DNA of 64,000 bases, taken from NCBI GenBank assembly GCA_907165135.1, contig OU015566.1, positions 2,046,001-2,110,000 on the forward strand. The letters run 5' to 3'. Position 1 is the first letter of the stretch, and the number at the start of each line of letters is the position of its first letter. The notes beneath the pieces were generated by a model. The model saw only the letters and a program-made list of their open reading frames with translations. It ran no database searches and was not told the origin of the DNA. The stretch is from Oikopleura dioica. Lineage: Eukaryota > Animalia > Chordata. Shown here in pieces: positions 12,301-25,123 of the stretch. A program made the position numbers and the translations under genes.

Positions 12301-15300
12301 GAATACAATAATTATCCTCTTAGTCGTGGAAAAAAGAAGGTTACTGCATGTTACAAAACTTTGTGTAAGATTAACTATTTAATTTCGACCCGGTACTTGT
12401 CGGAATCACAATCAGAATCACAAACAATCAAATTAATCAGAAAATATGAATATATTCAAATTCATTGTTTTAATAGCGCTTTCTAGTGCCGATTTGATCG
12501 GCTACAATCGACTAGGAAACAATGTCAATGGCCATTATCAAGCAAAAATGGAGAAAAGAGGCTTCAACTTGAATAGTTATTACAGACAGCTTCGAAAGTA
12601 CGCCGCATCCGTAGACGATAGCCAATCAGAAAACGTGAAATCTTTTGTCGAATCAAAAAAGATCGCGAAACCAAAAATGCTGAAGAAAAATTTGCGGAGA
12701 AAACTTTACATGTATAATATGATGCGAGCCTAAAATCTAGCATTGCTTATTAATAATAAACTTTTCTTGTTAAAATAAATACTGTATTGAAAAAATCGAT
12801 CTGTTGCATAAAATTATTTCTTGAAAGAGGGGTGCTTGTAAAGGCTGATGGTTAAAAAAATGGTCTAGAAAGCTCAAAAGCAGCGATTTTATCAGTGAAA
12901 AATCCTCCACCAATCAGACTCTCGCTGTTAGTCGGTAGACCAATCAAAATTAAGAACAGAAAAAATCTTTAAAATAATCGAACTTTTAATCATTTTTTTG
13001 TCTTTTTCGATTTTTTTTTCGGAAAAATCTTCAATTATCAATCGCATAAAATCCCGACCGTTCAATTAGTCGAAACCCAAATTTAGCATAATTGAAAATA
13101 GCTCAATCAAAAAAGGAACCCTCAGCGGGTTCGCTATTATGAGGTTGGTTATGCAATTTTGGAGCTCATTAGCCATTCAAATCGTAGCGTCGTCTCATAA
13201 AGCATGACAAGTATCGCGAATGTGTCGACTTACCCAGGAGCTCTAGAATTGAGCCAAATAGCGTCATTTGCGTGGCTTTGCTCTTGAACTGATAGGATAA
13301 ATATGCACCGACTAGAAACTCATGCAACGCTTTTTTCATAACAACTCGCTTATATCATCACTAATTCCAGTGGCTCAAGATAAGGGGATTGTAAATTTAA
13401 AGAAATTACGAAGGGATACCCTTAATTTTTGTTCGAAATTTTTTGAAAGAATTCCAGCTGTTTTCCATTTTCTTGAGACAAGCTGGGATAGAGGTAGCTA
13501 TCCGCAGCTGGATTTGATTTCCAGTGCAGATGTTTAAAGATGGCGCTAATGCAATTTGTGCATAAAAAGAACAATTTTTTTAAGGCATCATTTTCAAAAT
13601 GAAGCAAGATTTAAGTCAGCAGCACTCCAGAGGCCAGCCGCATAACGAATTTTAACGATTACTTTTGAAATGAAACTTTATTAGTTCCAATTTGCTCAAG
13701 CAATGCTCCATCGCACTGGAAAGACCAAAGAGTACTTGTCCCTTTTTGTACTCAATAAACTTAATATCTTTTCATGATTAATTTTTTCCTTAAATGACTA
13801 GAATCAGAAGAAGAGTGTATAAATTCTATCCTGAAATTATGATTTTCCTGTCGAAAACTTCAAATAAACACGGTCGTACACTCATTTTGAGGATGTAATC
13901 CTTTAACATAAGATATAACTTTTATCATATACAGTAAAAACCCAAAAATTGGCCGGTTTTCAGATGTAAATTCCCGAAAAAAGCGGCCAAATTTTGGGTT
14001 TTTTGGCGGGTAGCCAAGCTTCCCCTTCAAAAAGCAAAGACTCAAAATTTTCTAAAATCGGCATGATTTTGTTAATTTTTATGAATTTTATTCAAATTTT
14101 TGCTTGTTTAAGAGGGGGGTCGTCAATATGGATTTTCAGGGCTGATCAAAATCCCACTTGTACATATAGTGCCCATATGAATCATATATTTTTGGAATCT
14201 ACAGGTCCTGACGAGTCTGTTGAGCCTAAAATTATTATATAAAAATAAGTTTTAGGGGGTAAAATCGAGGAATTTGTGAAAAAAATGACCATTTTTGGTG
14301 AATTTTCGCGATATGGCCTTACTTTGGCGGCATTTTTGACCGATTTTTTCTGGCCAATATTTTTTCTCGTTTGCGCCGGTCGAATTAAACAACCCTTTTC
14401 TTATCCCCTAACAATTTGATTTTTTTCTATCCAATCAGGTTTTCCCGCTTTTTTGGTCAAGAGCAACCCCGATATTGACGACCTCCCCCTTAAAGACATT
14501 CTCATGAGAATTTAGTCATTAAAACGCTTTAAAAAACCTAAAAATTATCAGAAATAGCCTCATTTGGTCCCAATTCTGGTGAAAAATTTTCTATTTTTGA
14601 AAAAGCGGCCAAATTTTGGGTTGATTTCAGGTTCCAAAAAAGGCAGTTTTAGACAAAAAGCGGCCAAATTTTGGGTGGGCAAATTTTGGGTTTTCACTGT
14701 AAGCAGCTCTTGAACGACCATAATTTTTTGAATAAATAAGAGCATCACTTTGTTAATGCCGTAGACATCATAAGATTGAGAAATCGCTTTTACGATGCAT
14801 CCCCTTAATTATCCATATTTCAGATCCTCCCTCTCAACTTGAGAGTCTCAAGAAGCACCTAATTCTCCATCCAAAAAAACAAACAGTCCATGTCTCTCAG
14901 CATTAGTGAGTCTAACGCGCTCAACGTGGTTAACCATAGTCCGCAAAGTGATCTTTGAAGTGCCCGACAAAGGTCCACCGCTTTTGCTGTAAACGGTGCA
15001 TATAATTTTCTGCTTATAATGACAACCCACGTTCTATGTCGTTTTTTAAGGATATAGCCTATGAAATTGAACTTTCATAGCGCCTAAATGCGACGTCGGA
15101 TCATTTTATTTCAAAAACAATCCTATCTAAAAATGTATGCAGAACTCGATTCTGGTATTTTATTAAAAAATTCCATGTTAATTTTTCTCTGTAGAGCGTT
15201 TTGAAATCTTACGATCGCGATTTCTCGAAATATTTACATTATATCGCTAAAACTAAACCAATGACTGCATTAGCAAAGTGCTTAACTAAAATATTGTGGC

Positions 15301-17672
15301 TGAAAAATCCTCAAACTCGGCCAAATTTTCATTCTAGTGTTTTCCTCTTTCTTACTCCTGTTTTTCTTCCATGCGCGCTTTTTTGGGTTCAACCAATCAG
15401 AGCGCTATTTCAAACGCGCAGACTCTCTCGGGAAAGAGGAGTCGAGAGATTGAGCACCCAGCGCAGCGCTTTTTACACTATTCACGCGCCGAGGAAGCCT
15501 CACCGAAATGGCTCTAAAATCGGTTTTTGTCGGGATAAGAGAAAACCGAACCCACAATATTGTAGATAAGGGTCTAGATTACTTTTCTATCAAAAAAACT
15601 CGACCGATTAAATGCAACTATTTCGAGAAATCGCGATCGTAAGCTTTTAAAACGCTCTACAGAGAAAAATTCGAATGAAAATTTTTAAGCAAGTACCAGA
15701 ATCGAGTTCTGCATACATTTTTAGACAGTATTGTTTTTGAAATAAGATGATCCGACGTCGCATTTAGGCGCTATGAAAGTTCGATTTCATAGGCTATATC
15801 CTTAAGTACCTTTGCACCATTTGCGAGGAGGATGAGGATGATTCCAAGCTTGTCTTCTTCGATTTTACAGTTTTTCACTAAAAAAATGATGACAATCAAA
15901 TTGACTTTTGATCTTTTTTTAAGGGAATCTAGGTCAAAATGGCCGACTTTAACGGTTTTTTCCTGAGAAATGACAAATGCTAGAAATGCTAAAAATGGCT
16001 CTCTTGTAAGATCTGAGTAAGATCTCATTTTTGTCAGAGGTTTTTGACGGTTGGTCAAGTTTTTCAAGAAAATCAAGCCCGTCAAAGTTGGCAACTAGCT
16101 AAAATATGGGTAAACAAAGCGGCCATTATGAAGTTTTTTGTTCCTCTGAAACTGAAGTTTTCTGCTCTATGCTCCTTTTTTCTGGGGATTTTTTTCTGCG
16201 CCTATTTTTGAAATCGATTTTGAAGGGTGTCAGGAACATCCTGGCCCCTCGAACCCTGGCAAAAAGCGGGCCCTGGGCCCGAACTTTCTTTTTCCAAAAA
16301 CCTAAAAATCAGTTCGAAAAATAGGTCCAGAAAAAAATCTACAGAAAATAGAAGTTGCCAACTCGACCAAGATACCCTTAGAGTTGCTCATGTTCTGTCA
16401 ATTTTCGTGTCAGAAAATACAATATGATAATATTCTTTGGCTGGGAGACTGTTGTCGGGTTCAAGTAGGCGAATTACTTCTATTTTGTGATGTTGTTTGT
16501 GAATTGCAGAGGGGCTCTATCTCAAATTGTCGTTTTGATAGCACTCGCGAAAGAAAGCCGACCTAAGCCGGCGAAAATGCTCAATACGCGCTGTTTTACA
16601 ACGTGCGCTAATCGCTTATCTAATCTCTTACTTGTCAAAATACGGTATAAACAAAAAAACACTCCTGAGATAGCCTCCTCCGCATTCTCTCTCTCTCTTT
16701 CGCTAGAACTTCTCAACAAACACGAAAGTTTTTCTCAAGTAAAGGAGAAAACTAGTAAATGCTCCATCGAATCAGAATCCTGAAAAACTAAAATCAAAAG
16801 CCGCGCAGCGGCTTTTTTAATAAATAAGCCGCGTAGCGGCTTCGCGAAAATCTAATTCAGACCTAATTTTAATAAGCCGAGTCCTGTATTTTCCGCTGGC
16901 CTCGTAAACAAAAAAGCCGCCGCGCGGCTTCATTTGTAAAAAAAGCCGCAATGCGGCTTTTCATTGAAAAGACCAGACTTTGGTTTTCAATTCAAATTTT
17001 TGAGCCGAGCTTTTAAGGCTGTAAACCGCGAAAAAGTTTATTTTTGTCCCTCGAACTCCTTGTTATTCTAGTGACGTCGGAATCTTTCAGATTTTGTCTT
17101 CTGATAATTTCATAATTTCGAGATCACGTTCTGGCAAGCGCCCTTCAAGTTCTAAGCTCCCCTTGAAACGCTCAAAAGTTTGTTTTGGTCATTTGGGGCC
17201 ACTCAAAACGGCGCAGAGCTAAAGAGGAATGGGACTAGTGGATTAGCGAAAATTGGATTCTTGCATAAAGTTTTCGCGAAAATACCCATGCTGAGCTCCT
17301 TTTTCGAGAACAATTAAACCGGCCCATATTTATTCTCGAGAATTTAACCTATTTCGATCAAAAGGGACAAAAATGGCCAAGGGGCCGGAAATAGGGCCCT
17401 AAAGCCCTTAAAATAGAAGAAAATCTTCGGTTTTCGAGAAAAACTTCGGAGGCTACCCGCTTAAGAATATTGTGGATGTAACCCCCTTAAAGTACTTCTC
17501 GTTTTCACAGAAAATTATGAAATAAATTGTTACCTGTGTAATGTAGCGGCATCGCTCCATTATTATCGGCTAAGTTGACCGGAAATCCGAACGGGATCAG
17601 GTGACGCAGAACGTGCAGTGGCCGAGTCGAATTCGCAATCACGTGAGAAATCCAGCCCATGCCTTCTTTATC
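3365..17672 (-). CDS. Ankyrin-repeat protein with long introns (5' end unresolved, possibly beyond 21 kb)
   Basis: Phase-compatible exons 17672-17534, 15877-15810, 10111-10054, 9769-9713, 6756-6679, 4616-4461, 4237-4137 and 3634-3365 read DKEG..GFPVNLADNNGAMPLHYTV..ILLANGAKVDAKTSDESMTALMMACCLGDVQSAELLLARGASIHATDRYGNSCLHLAS..FLLYRGLTANCRNVKSQSP.., then a coiled-coil-like and Ser/Thr-rich tail. Confidence 0.8.
4968..5050. mobile_element. 83-bp TTAA-flanked mini-MITE (Kolobok-like GG termini)
   Basis: TTAA|GGATATAC...GTATATCC|TTAA. Shares the GGATATA terminus with the 15050-15801 element. Confidence 0.65.
6185..6331. mobile_element. ~150-bp MITE, GTCTGGAACCGACA family (copy 1)
   Basis: Long inverted arms gtctggagccgacaaaaaatttcgacaaattttgcgtgg / ccacgcaaaatttgtcgaaatttttttgtcggttccagac. 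Related copies at 22833, 30078 and 31136. Confidence 0.8.
6996..7303. repeat. Minisatellite (GAATCTAGCTC-like, 10-11 bp, ~7075-7250) inside imperfect inverted repeats
   Basis: About 16 units of aatctagctcg, flanked by cagccaataagaagcctg / caggttcttattggctg. Confidence 0.75.
11083..11268. repeat. Minisatellite, 14-15 bp unit (TTTCGAGCGACAAT)
   Basis: About 13 degenerate tandem units. Confidence 0.85.
12446..12733 (+). CDS. Small secreted basic peptide precursor (DLIG family, paralog A), nested antisense in an ankyrin-gene intron
   Basis: Intronless 95-aa ORF with signal peptide MNIFKFIVLIALSSA, KR/RK/RR sites and AATAAA at ~12755. Similar to 59878-60078. Confidence 0.8.
   Translation: MNIFKFIVLIALSSADLIGYNRLGNNVNGHYQAKMEKRGFNLNSYYRQLRKYAASVDDSQSENVKSFVESKKIAKPKMLKKNLRRKLYMYNMMRA
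13932..14699. mobile_element. Tc1/pogo-like MITE (TA TSD) containing a nested TTAA MITE
   Basis: TA|CAGTAAAAACCCAAAA...TTTTGGGTTTTCACTG|TA, with internal repeats aaaagcggccaaattttggg. Confidence 0.75.
14112..14489. mobile_element. TTAA-flanked MITE (Kolobok-like)
   Basis: TTAA|GAGGGGGGTCGTCAATAT...ATATTGACGACCTCCCCC|TTAA. Related to 25124-25781. Confidence 0.8.
15050..15801. mobile_element. 752-bp TTAA-flanked foldback MITE with ~180-bp TIRs
   Basis: TTAA|GGATATAGCCTATGAAA...TTTCATAGGCTATATCC|TTAA. Arms stay complementary for about 180 bp. Confidence 0.9.
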
Positions 17673-18112
17673 CTAAAAAGCGTTATTATTCAACCAATTT
17701 TTAAATTCAATTTTCTTATTAAAATAAATTCTGTTCACAGAAAATGCCAAAAAAACAACATAAAATTAAGGGTGTCAACAAGGAATTTTCTCCATTTTTT
17801 CAAATTCGAAAAATGACCACGCTCTCGAAAATTCGATAAAGCTCTAATCACGCTCTCATAAAACCAGAATACGAGACGTTTTCTCAAGTCTATCTCCACC
17901 ACCCTGTGGCATGTCAGATATTCGCAGCGGGACACTTCGCGAATTTCAAGATTAGAAAAGTGCTTTCGTGAAATTCACACTTTTCCTCCTTGTTTACCAG
18001 TTCCGCTTAAATATTTTCTACCATTCAAGAGGCCCTCTTTCGAGAGGGAGACCCTTAAAGTAGCGTGAAAAAATACTCAAGAAAAAAACTCTTGATTTTT
18101 AAAAATTTACTG

Positions 18113-18167
18113 TTAAGGGTGTCAACATCGATTTTCACCCTAACTCTATCGATGTTGACACCCTTAA
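18113..18167. mobile_element. 55-bp palindromic mini-element
   Basis: Perfect 20-bp arms ttaagggtgtcaacatcgat / atcgatgttgacacccttaa. Confidence 0.7.
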
Positions 18168-19749
18168 ATCAGTTTGCTCTACCATGATACTGCATCGTTT
18201 TTACAGTATAAGAGGATTCTATGATGAAAAGCCAGATTCCTCATTCGCGCCGCAAAAATCGGATCAAGCGTCTCTAGAATCGTCCAAATTTATACCGGAT
18301 GGCGATAGGGATCATCTGCGCCCGTGGATAGGGAAAAGGCGATTTCTTGCATAATATTGCCACCGCAAGTTTTCTTACGTGAAACCATATCAGAATAAAC
18401 CCCCACTCGACGGCTTATAGATCGAGTTTCTTGATTCAGGAAAGATTCTAGCGCCGTTTTTATCCGTCAAAAAATCGAGAAGCCGCTTGCGGCTTTAAGA
18501 TACAAAATAATAGCCGCACCGCGCGCGGCTTCTTTATCATTTTGCTCGAAGCCGCAAGCGACTTTTCGACTCGAAAAACGATTCGACTTGTTCAACGCAG
18601 TAAGCCCCTCCAAGTACTGTTAGCTCAGAACTAACGCTTGCTTCTGAAAGCACGTTGTATGTGTGAGTTTTCGCCATGTTTTGAAATCATGTCACAACAC
18701 GGCATTTAGGCGCAGGATGACGTTATGCAAATTTCGCATGTTACCATAATTACACAAACTTGAAAAAAGCTAGCGTCTGTGGCATTTCTAATTTTTTTTT
18801 TCAAAGAAAACAATTACCGCGGAGCCCGGCGATCCTGGCAAAAAAAAATTTTAAGGGTGTCACTGTAAAAACACGAAATTACCGAAAATTCTCAAATTTA
18901 TTATTCCTCGTTGGCTCAGAGCGGGCTGAGTTGTCTTGATATCGCACCCGTCTCGCTTATCGGGCGGGAGTTAACTTAAGCCCTTATCGACTCAGCAGGT
19001 GGGGTATTTATTTTCCTTCTTTTACTATCTGGGTTTATTAGAACACTTCAGCGCCAGTCCCCTGGTAATATCATAAATCCAGCTGCGGAAAAGTTTCGAG
19101 TCGAAACAAAACTTCAAAAGGCGATTTCTTCTGTAAAAGAAATTCTTCCGAACTCATTTTTTACGCAACAAAAATTCTAGTTTTACATCAAAATTAAAGC
19201 GAGAAGCCGCTTGCGGCTTCGAGCACAGAGAAAAAGCCGCGCAAAGCGCGGCTTTGCCTTTTTTAAGGTTTTTTTTATTCAGGACCCCCGCAACGGTTTC
19301 CGCAAAATCGAAAGCGAGGGGGAGGTCCTTAAAGCCACAATTTCATTTTATCTTTCATGAGAAACAAGGGTATCATGAAGAAAAGTCTCCAAATCTTTCG
19401 AAAAAAAAACATGATGTAAGTAAGTTTTTTGGTTACAAATTTGATCGTTCCCGCCCTTAATTTTTAGATCGTGCTTTGAGAAAAATGAAGCGCTGTTTAC
19501 GAAAACGAATCCAAAAATGACCGGATCGGGTCGCAGCCATTTTGTCCGAGTCGCAAGAGCGGATCATGAATTTCAAACAATTTACAAAGATTAAGGCCAG
19601 AGTAAATTAGCGGCTTATCGCGCTGCTCACGCGATCGCTGAATTGGGACAACGTGATCGGCTTCAGCGGAGATTTATATCGATATATCGCGAGTTATGAT
19701 TATTTAACAACGGCGTGTTTTTTTTTAATTTTGATGAACAGGCAATTAA

Positions 19750-20027
19750 CCTTACGCCGCCAAACTAAAATTTCACCCCCCGCCGCCAAATGTGGCATAT
19801 ATGGCACATCATCTTTTCCGTCGTCCTAGGCCCCATATAATGGCCGAACCCGAACCTTAACCAAGATCCGAACTCGAACCAGAACCCGAGCTCAAAAATG
19901 AACCCAAACCCAAGCCCAGACTATTGCCCGAAAATGAGTAAAATGGAAGAACCCGAAATGATGACGGAGAGAAAAATGGGTTTTGGAAAGCCCTTGTGCC
20001 ATATATGGCACATTTGGCGGCGTAGGG
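19750..20027. mobile_element. piggyBac-like MITE
   Basis: TTAA|CCTTACGCCGCCAAA...TTTGGCGGCGTAGGG|TTAA. Subterminal inverted repeat gccgccaaatgtggcatatatggcac and internal CCGAAC-like hexamers. Confidence 0.8.
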
Positions 20028-20618
20028 TTAAGGGGTTGAGCTTTTTTAGATGAATAAAATTGGAATCTTTTTAGAAATTCCATGAAAAAAAGAGCTCAAA
20101 AGTCACCGCTTGCATTTTAGATTCTCTTTCTGGGGCAGACTTTGTTATTTAATTATTCGGATCAAACTGGAATATTGTTAGCCACGTGATTCCATATGAC
20201 ATTCTAAAAATTGTTATTCCGAAATTCTCGGGATCAAGAAATTTAAAAAATAGGGGAAAAATTAAGAAAAAGTTGTTCAATTTTTAACAAAGCGGATGAA
20301 AAAAATGTTGTAAGACAGTGGGGCTTAAATAGCGCAGACATTCGACATTTGAGAAAAATTTGAAGCGAGAGAAATTTTGGATTCTTTACATAACCCCTTA
20401 AATAACCGCTTTCTTTGAAGAATGAAGGAATTTCATCGATAGATATCTCAAAGGATTATTGAAAAATTACCGCATTTTATGGTTTCTGAAGTTAATGAAG
20501 TGATACACTTATTTTTTCTGGTTAATTTCTGGAAGATATTTTCTCCTTTAAGGACCTACCCAACGGTTAGGAAAATAAATTAATAATAATTTAAATTTTT
20601 GATGAAAAATATGGGGTG

Positions 20619-20909
20619 TAGGGCGGCCACGGTACAAATTTGTACCGCCGTTACAAATTTGTACCGCCGGTACAAAAATTTTTGTACCGCCGGTACAAGC
20701 CAAAAATAAAATCCGAGAAAAAGTGTGCGCTTCGCGCTAGAATTGAAGGAAACTCCTTACTGGTATAGCTGAGGTGGAGTTCTGTCCGAAAACGAGCATT
20801 ATTTTGGGTAAAAATCGGTTTTTATCGCCAAAAAAATTATCATTTTTTGTACCGGCGGTACAAAATTTGTACCCGCGGTACAAATTTCACTTTTGTCCCG
20901 CGGCCGCCC
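20619..20909. mobile_element. MITE with GGTACAAA/TTTGTACC subterminal repeats
   Basis: gggcggccacggtacaaa ... tttgtcccgcggccgccc. No clean TSD. Confidence 0.65.
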
Positions 20910-22832
20910 GCCCCCCAAAATATGGGTGTCAAAACGCTAAAGGCATAGAAAGAAGAGCTTTCAACAGAAGCAAGGAAAAACATAAAAGAAGAGGGGTCAG
21001 ACGGAAAGTGAAAATTCGAATGAGCTTCCGGATATGTTAATCATCCGAGTCGTATTTCAACGGACGCTCACGTGGACGAGAAATTAAGATGAGTTCCTTA
21101 TTTTTTTGAAATGCAAATTCAAAAGTGGGTTCCCAAAAAGAACCATTCCGAATTCCTGAAGGCCCAATTCAAAAACGTCTTTGTGAAATAACATTCAATC
21201 TCCAGGTTTCAGATAATCTTGAAGAGAACTACCGGTGAAAGCAAGCCTTTACCCGGGATTACCCGGCGACCAATCACAAGCTTAGAGGGCCTAAGTGGCG
21301 GCGTAACCCCGGATTTGAGTCTGCTTTCACCGGTATGTTGCCTAAGGATCAGCGTCATTTTAGAGCGACATTTGTATGATCGATAAGCCTTCTTACGAAA
21401 CACGTGTCGGTGAAAATCTGACGTTTGATTTGACACTGTTAGTTTTAGAAAAAAAAAATGTTCAACATAAAATTATGCAACTTTTTTTCGGGAAAGAGTC
21501 TTGAATGGATGAAAATTTTGAAAAAAAAAAAATTTTTTTCGAGAATTTTTTTTTCTGAAATCTGATTTTTTTGATAAAAAATCCTTGAGTTGGCAGAAAA
21601 AATATTTTTCAAGGTCGATCTAAAAACGAAAAAAAAAAGGATGAGCGGAACGGGTGCGGGTAGCGAACATCCTCGACAAGCGTTAGAAAATCGACATGCG
21701 TGTTAGGTTTCCTAAATCCACAAGTGTGGAGCACCATGTTGCGACAGGATTTTGCAAGTGTACATCTTGTTGGGGGAGGTTTATTTTGAACCTCTTTTTC
21801 CAGGGGATGAGTTTGGTTGATTCGAACATGTAGAATTAAATGATCAATTATCAGGAGAGAATTCAATTTGTCTCCCAGGATGTCGATCAAAATAAAATAA
21901 TTACATAATACATAATAATAATATATAAGATACAAAATAAAATTATTGGATTATGATTTTATGTAAGCTTGAGTAAGCCGATCAATAAAGTTCTCGATTT
22001 CGAAAACAAATCAATCAAACTTCACAGAAAAGAATCTCCTGATTAAATTTATCGTGCCGATCTCGAGATCCTGTGTCAAAAACCTGAGTCAGGGTCAAAA
22101 AGACCTTGAATGAAAAGCCGCGTCGCGGCTTTTTTGATTATAAAGCCGCGAAGCGGCTTCGCAATGATCAATTTTTCTCTCTCAAATCCTGAGTCAGGTT
22201 TTAAGCTCAGGTTTGCAACCCAGAATCCTGTACGAAGTAAAATTTCGAAGAAGACGTTCTTCTTTATATTACCAAAATAAATCTAATCAAAAAAACTTCT
22301 GCGTTATTTTGGGTTCTGAAAAGTCAGATGTCAGAAAAGTATATTTTGGTTCAAAATTTTTTTGATTCGAAAATGCAATATCGCCACCTGCTGCGTTTAA
22401 GCGAAAATCGAACGTGTGAAAAAAGCATAAAATGAAAAAGCCAAAAGTGGTTTTTGCTGTCAGATGTTTCCAGTCCTCGTTCTCGAGAAGTGGCACTAGA
22501 ATTTCACTCGATCCTCGATTTCACCCAGATTGGTTTCAAAAAGCACAAATCAGCAAGTTTTTTTTTCTCAAGTTGATGAATTGCAAATTTATTTCTCGAG
22601 CGCCAGTAACAAACTTTGTAAAGAAACATATTTTTAGATCCTGGTTGACCGGACGTCGTGGATATTTTTGACGATGGGAAAATCCGGAAGAGATGTTTTC
22701 TCGAGGCTTCTTCGAATGGTTTTTAAATAAGATACCGAATGTTTGAAAGAACGTGGCTCCATCTTTTTTATCACGGCAAAATAAATTTTTTTGAATAAAT
22801 ATTTTTTATACATTTTATTTTTTTATAAAAAA

Positions 22833-22992
22833 GGGGATACCAGCACGAAAAGACCAATAAATTATGACAAAATTTTGCGTAGGTGGCTACTCAGCTGCTG
22901 ATTGGCCGGTTGGCCGAATTCAGGCTTCTGATTTGTTCAAAGTTTTCACGCAAATTTCGTCGAAATTTTCTGTTGATTCGTACCGGTACCCC
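22833..22992. mobile_element. Diverged relative of the GTCTGGAACCGACA MITE family
   Basis: Shares core ggctactcagctgctgattggccgg...caggcttctgatt. Ends ggggatacc / ggtacccc. Confidence 0.65.
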
Positions 22993-25123
22993 CTTATTTA
23001 AATTGAAAGTTCAAAATTTTTTTTATAATAAAAAAATATTTGTACAAAACGTTTATATGCCAGAAAAATTCGAGGAAGCAATCCTTAAATCAAAAATTAA
23101 TTATTTCTGCAATCTCAAGAATCTGTCGAGCCCAGAATCATCCATTGAAATCATTATTTTGCTATCTGACATGCGCGCATGTAGCGCAATTAGAACCTCG
23201 GAAATTTTATTTTATTTTTTCGAGAAATCAAAAATTCTATTTGCCACGGCAAATGGACGATTTTGACGGTTTTTTTGCGTAAGAGTTTGGATTTTATAAA
23301 AATTTTCGTAAATACGGTTTTCGGCGAAAAACGGCCACAATTTTTATTTTTCCAATAAAAAAAATTCAACGTTTTTTCCAGCGATAAGATCGGAGTCTTA
23401 TCCGGTCGGTTATTATTTTTTTGATATGGCATTTTCGCTAGAACGTGATCAAAATTGCTACTTTGATAAAAAATATTCAAAAAATATGTTAATGACTCGA
23501 TTACTGTACCTGAAATTGACGGTCGACGTTTGTTGCCAAGTATTGAATCTCCACATTATCTGTTGGATTCGTGATTTCTTTCAGGAAAATCTAAAAATCG
23601 ATTTTAATAATTTTTCCCTTTTTTTCCTTCTGATTGAAAAAATACGAAAAAAAATTCATCATTAATACAAGTTAACCCATTTTTGCTCTTTAGATTTTCG
23701 TGGGCCACATTTTAGTCTTCACATTACTTGAAATCTTAAGGGTGTAGAGGGTAATATTAAGTTTTATCATAGGGTAGCCCATTTTTCTCACAAACAAAAG
23801 TGTTCTTGCATAAAAAAAGAAGTATTTATTAAATAAAGTCTAAGATGCCGTTATCTAAAATATATTAGCTCGGTTTTGCCCTTATCAGTTTTTTCCCCGA
23901 CATCCTCCGTGGAGCGATACTCCCGTTTTATTTAATATCTTTTTCTTTTTTTGTTGATAAATTCATGTTTTCGCCTATTCTTTTACAAAACAGAATGATC
24001 AAAAAGCAGACAATTTTTGTTCAATCAGCTTTTTTAATATTTGTCTATTTTCTTTTTCATGTCAAGGAAGGGGAATTAAGAGGAGGATAACGTGTACCGA
24101 GCTATGTCAAGAATGGCTAAGTACTTGTTCCCACAACAAAAGATACTATGCTAACGGACTGTGGTTTGTATTTCCTCCCTGGCCCCAACGGTGGAATCCA
24201 GGGGCTGGACCGCGACCTCTAGTTCTCGAATTCGCTGATTAAGGGGGTTTATATGAAAAAGGCTCTAAAGAAAGAAAAAGCTGTCCGGTTTATATTCGTC
24301 ACCAAACATTTTCCTAAGTCCTCGGATCGTTGAAAAAAGAGAACGTTTTATAAGTCGCCTTAAACATTGCATAACAAAAAAGGGCTTGTATATTATTTTT
24401 TCGTGGGAAGTTTCTTTTGAAAAATCGAGAGGATGGTCAAAACACTAGAATGGGAGACGTTCAAATTTAATTTTCCGAGGGATTAATGTGAAAAATTTTG
24501 TTTTTGAAATTATTCGGAAAAAAATTTTATTTTAAGGGTATCTATGTGGAGAATTTCAAAAAAAGAAGGGAGAAAATGAGCCATAATGAGCATTCACGAT
24601 AAAAGAAAATCCGTTTTTCGCGAGAAGATTCGGTGAGCTGGTTCGTAAGCCGGTTTCACGAACACAAATCAAAGCCTAACTGAGCCGATTCTGTCACCTT
24701 TTGCAACCACAGCGCGGTTAATTTTACGTAGCCCGCTTTCGGGTTAATAACGTGCTTGACCTAGCGACGGCTCTGGAATTAGAAATGAAGTGCAGTTTTG
24801 CGCAGGTTAATTATTTAAAATCATATTCTTTCGAAATCCAAATTTTTCAGGGGCATAAAAAAGAGGGTTCTCCTAAGGGTGTGGACAACGATAAGGAAGG
24901 AGATAAAGGTCTTTACTTATTTCAGTGAGATAAAATAAGGGTGTCGCTATTTTAAGGACCCCTCCGTCATCTTATAATGACTTTTGCAAACACGGTTTTC
25001 GGGTTGATCCCCTTAAGATTTTTGAAATATTTTTGAATTATTTTGTAGCCCGATAGTTGCTCTAGGGCACCAGAAGGAAAACAAGCTTATAGGCCTCTTA
25101 AGGGTGTCGCAACGATAAGTTAA

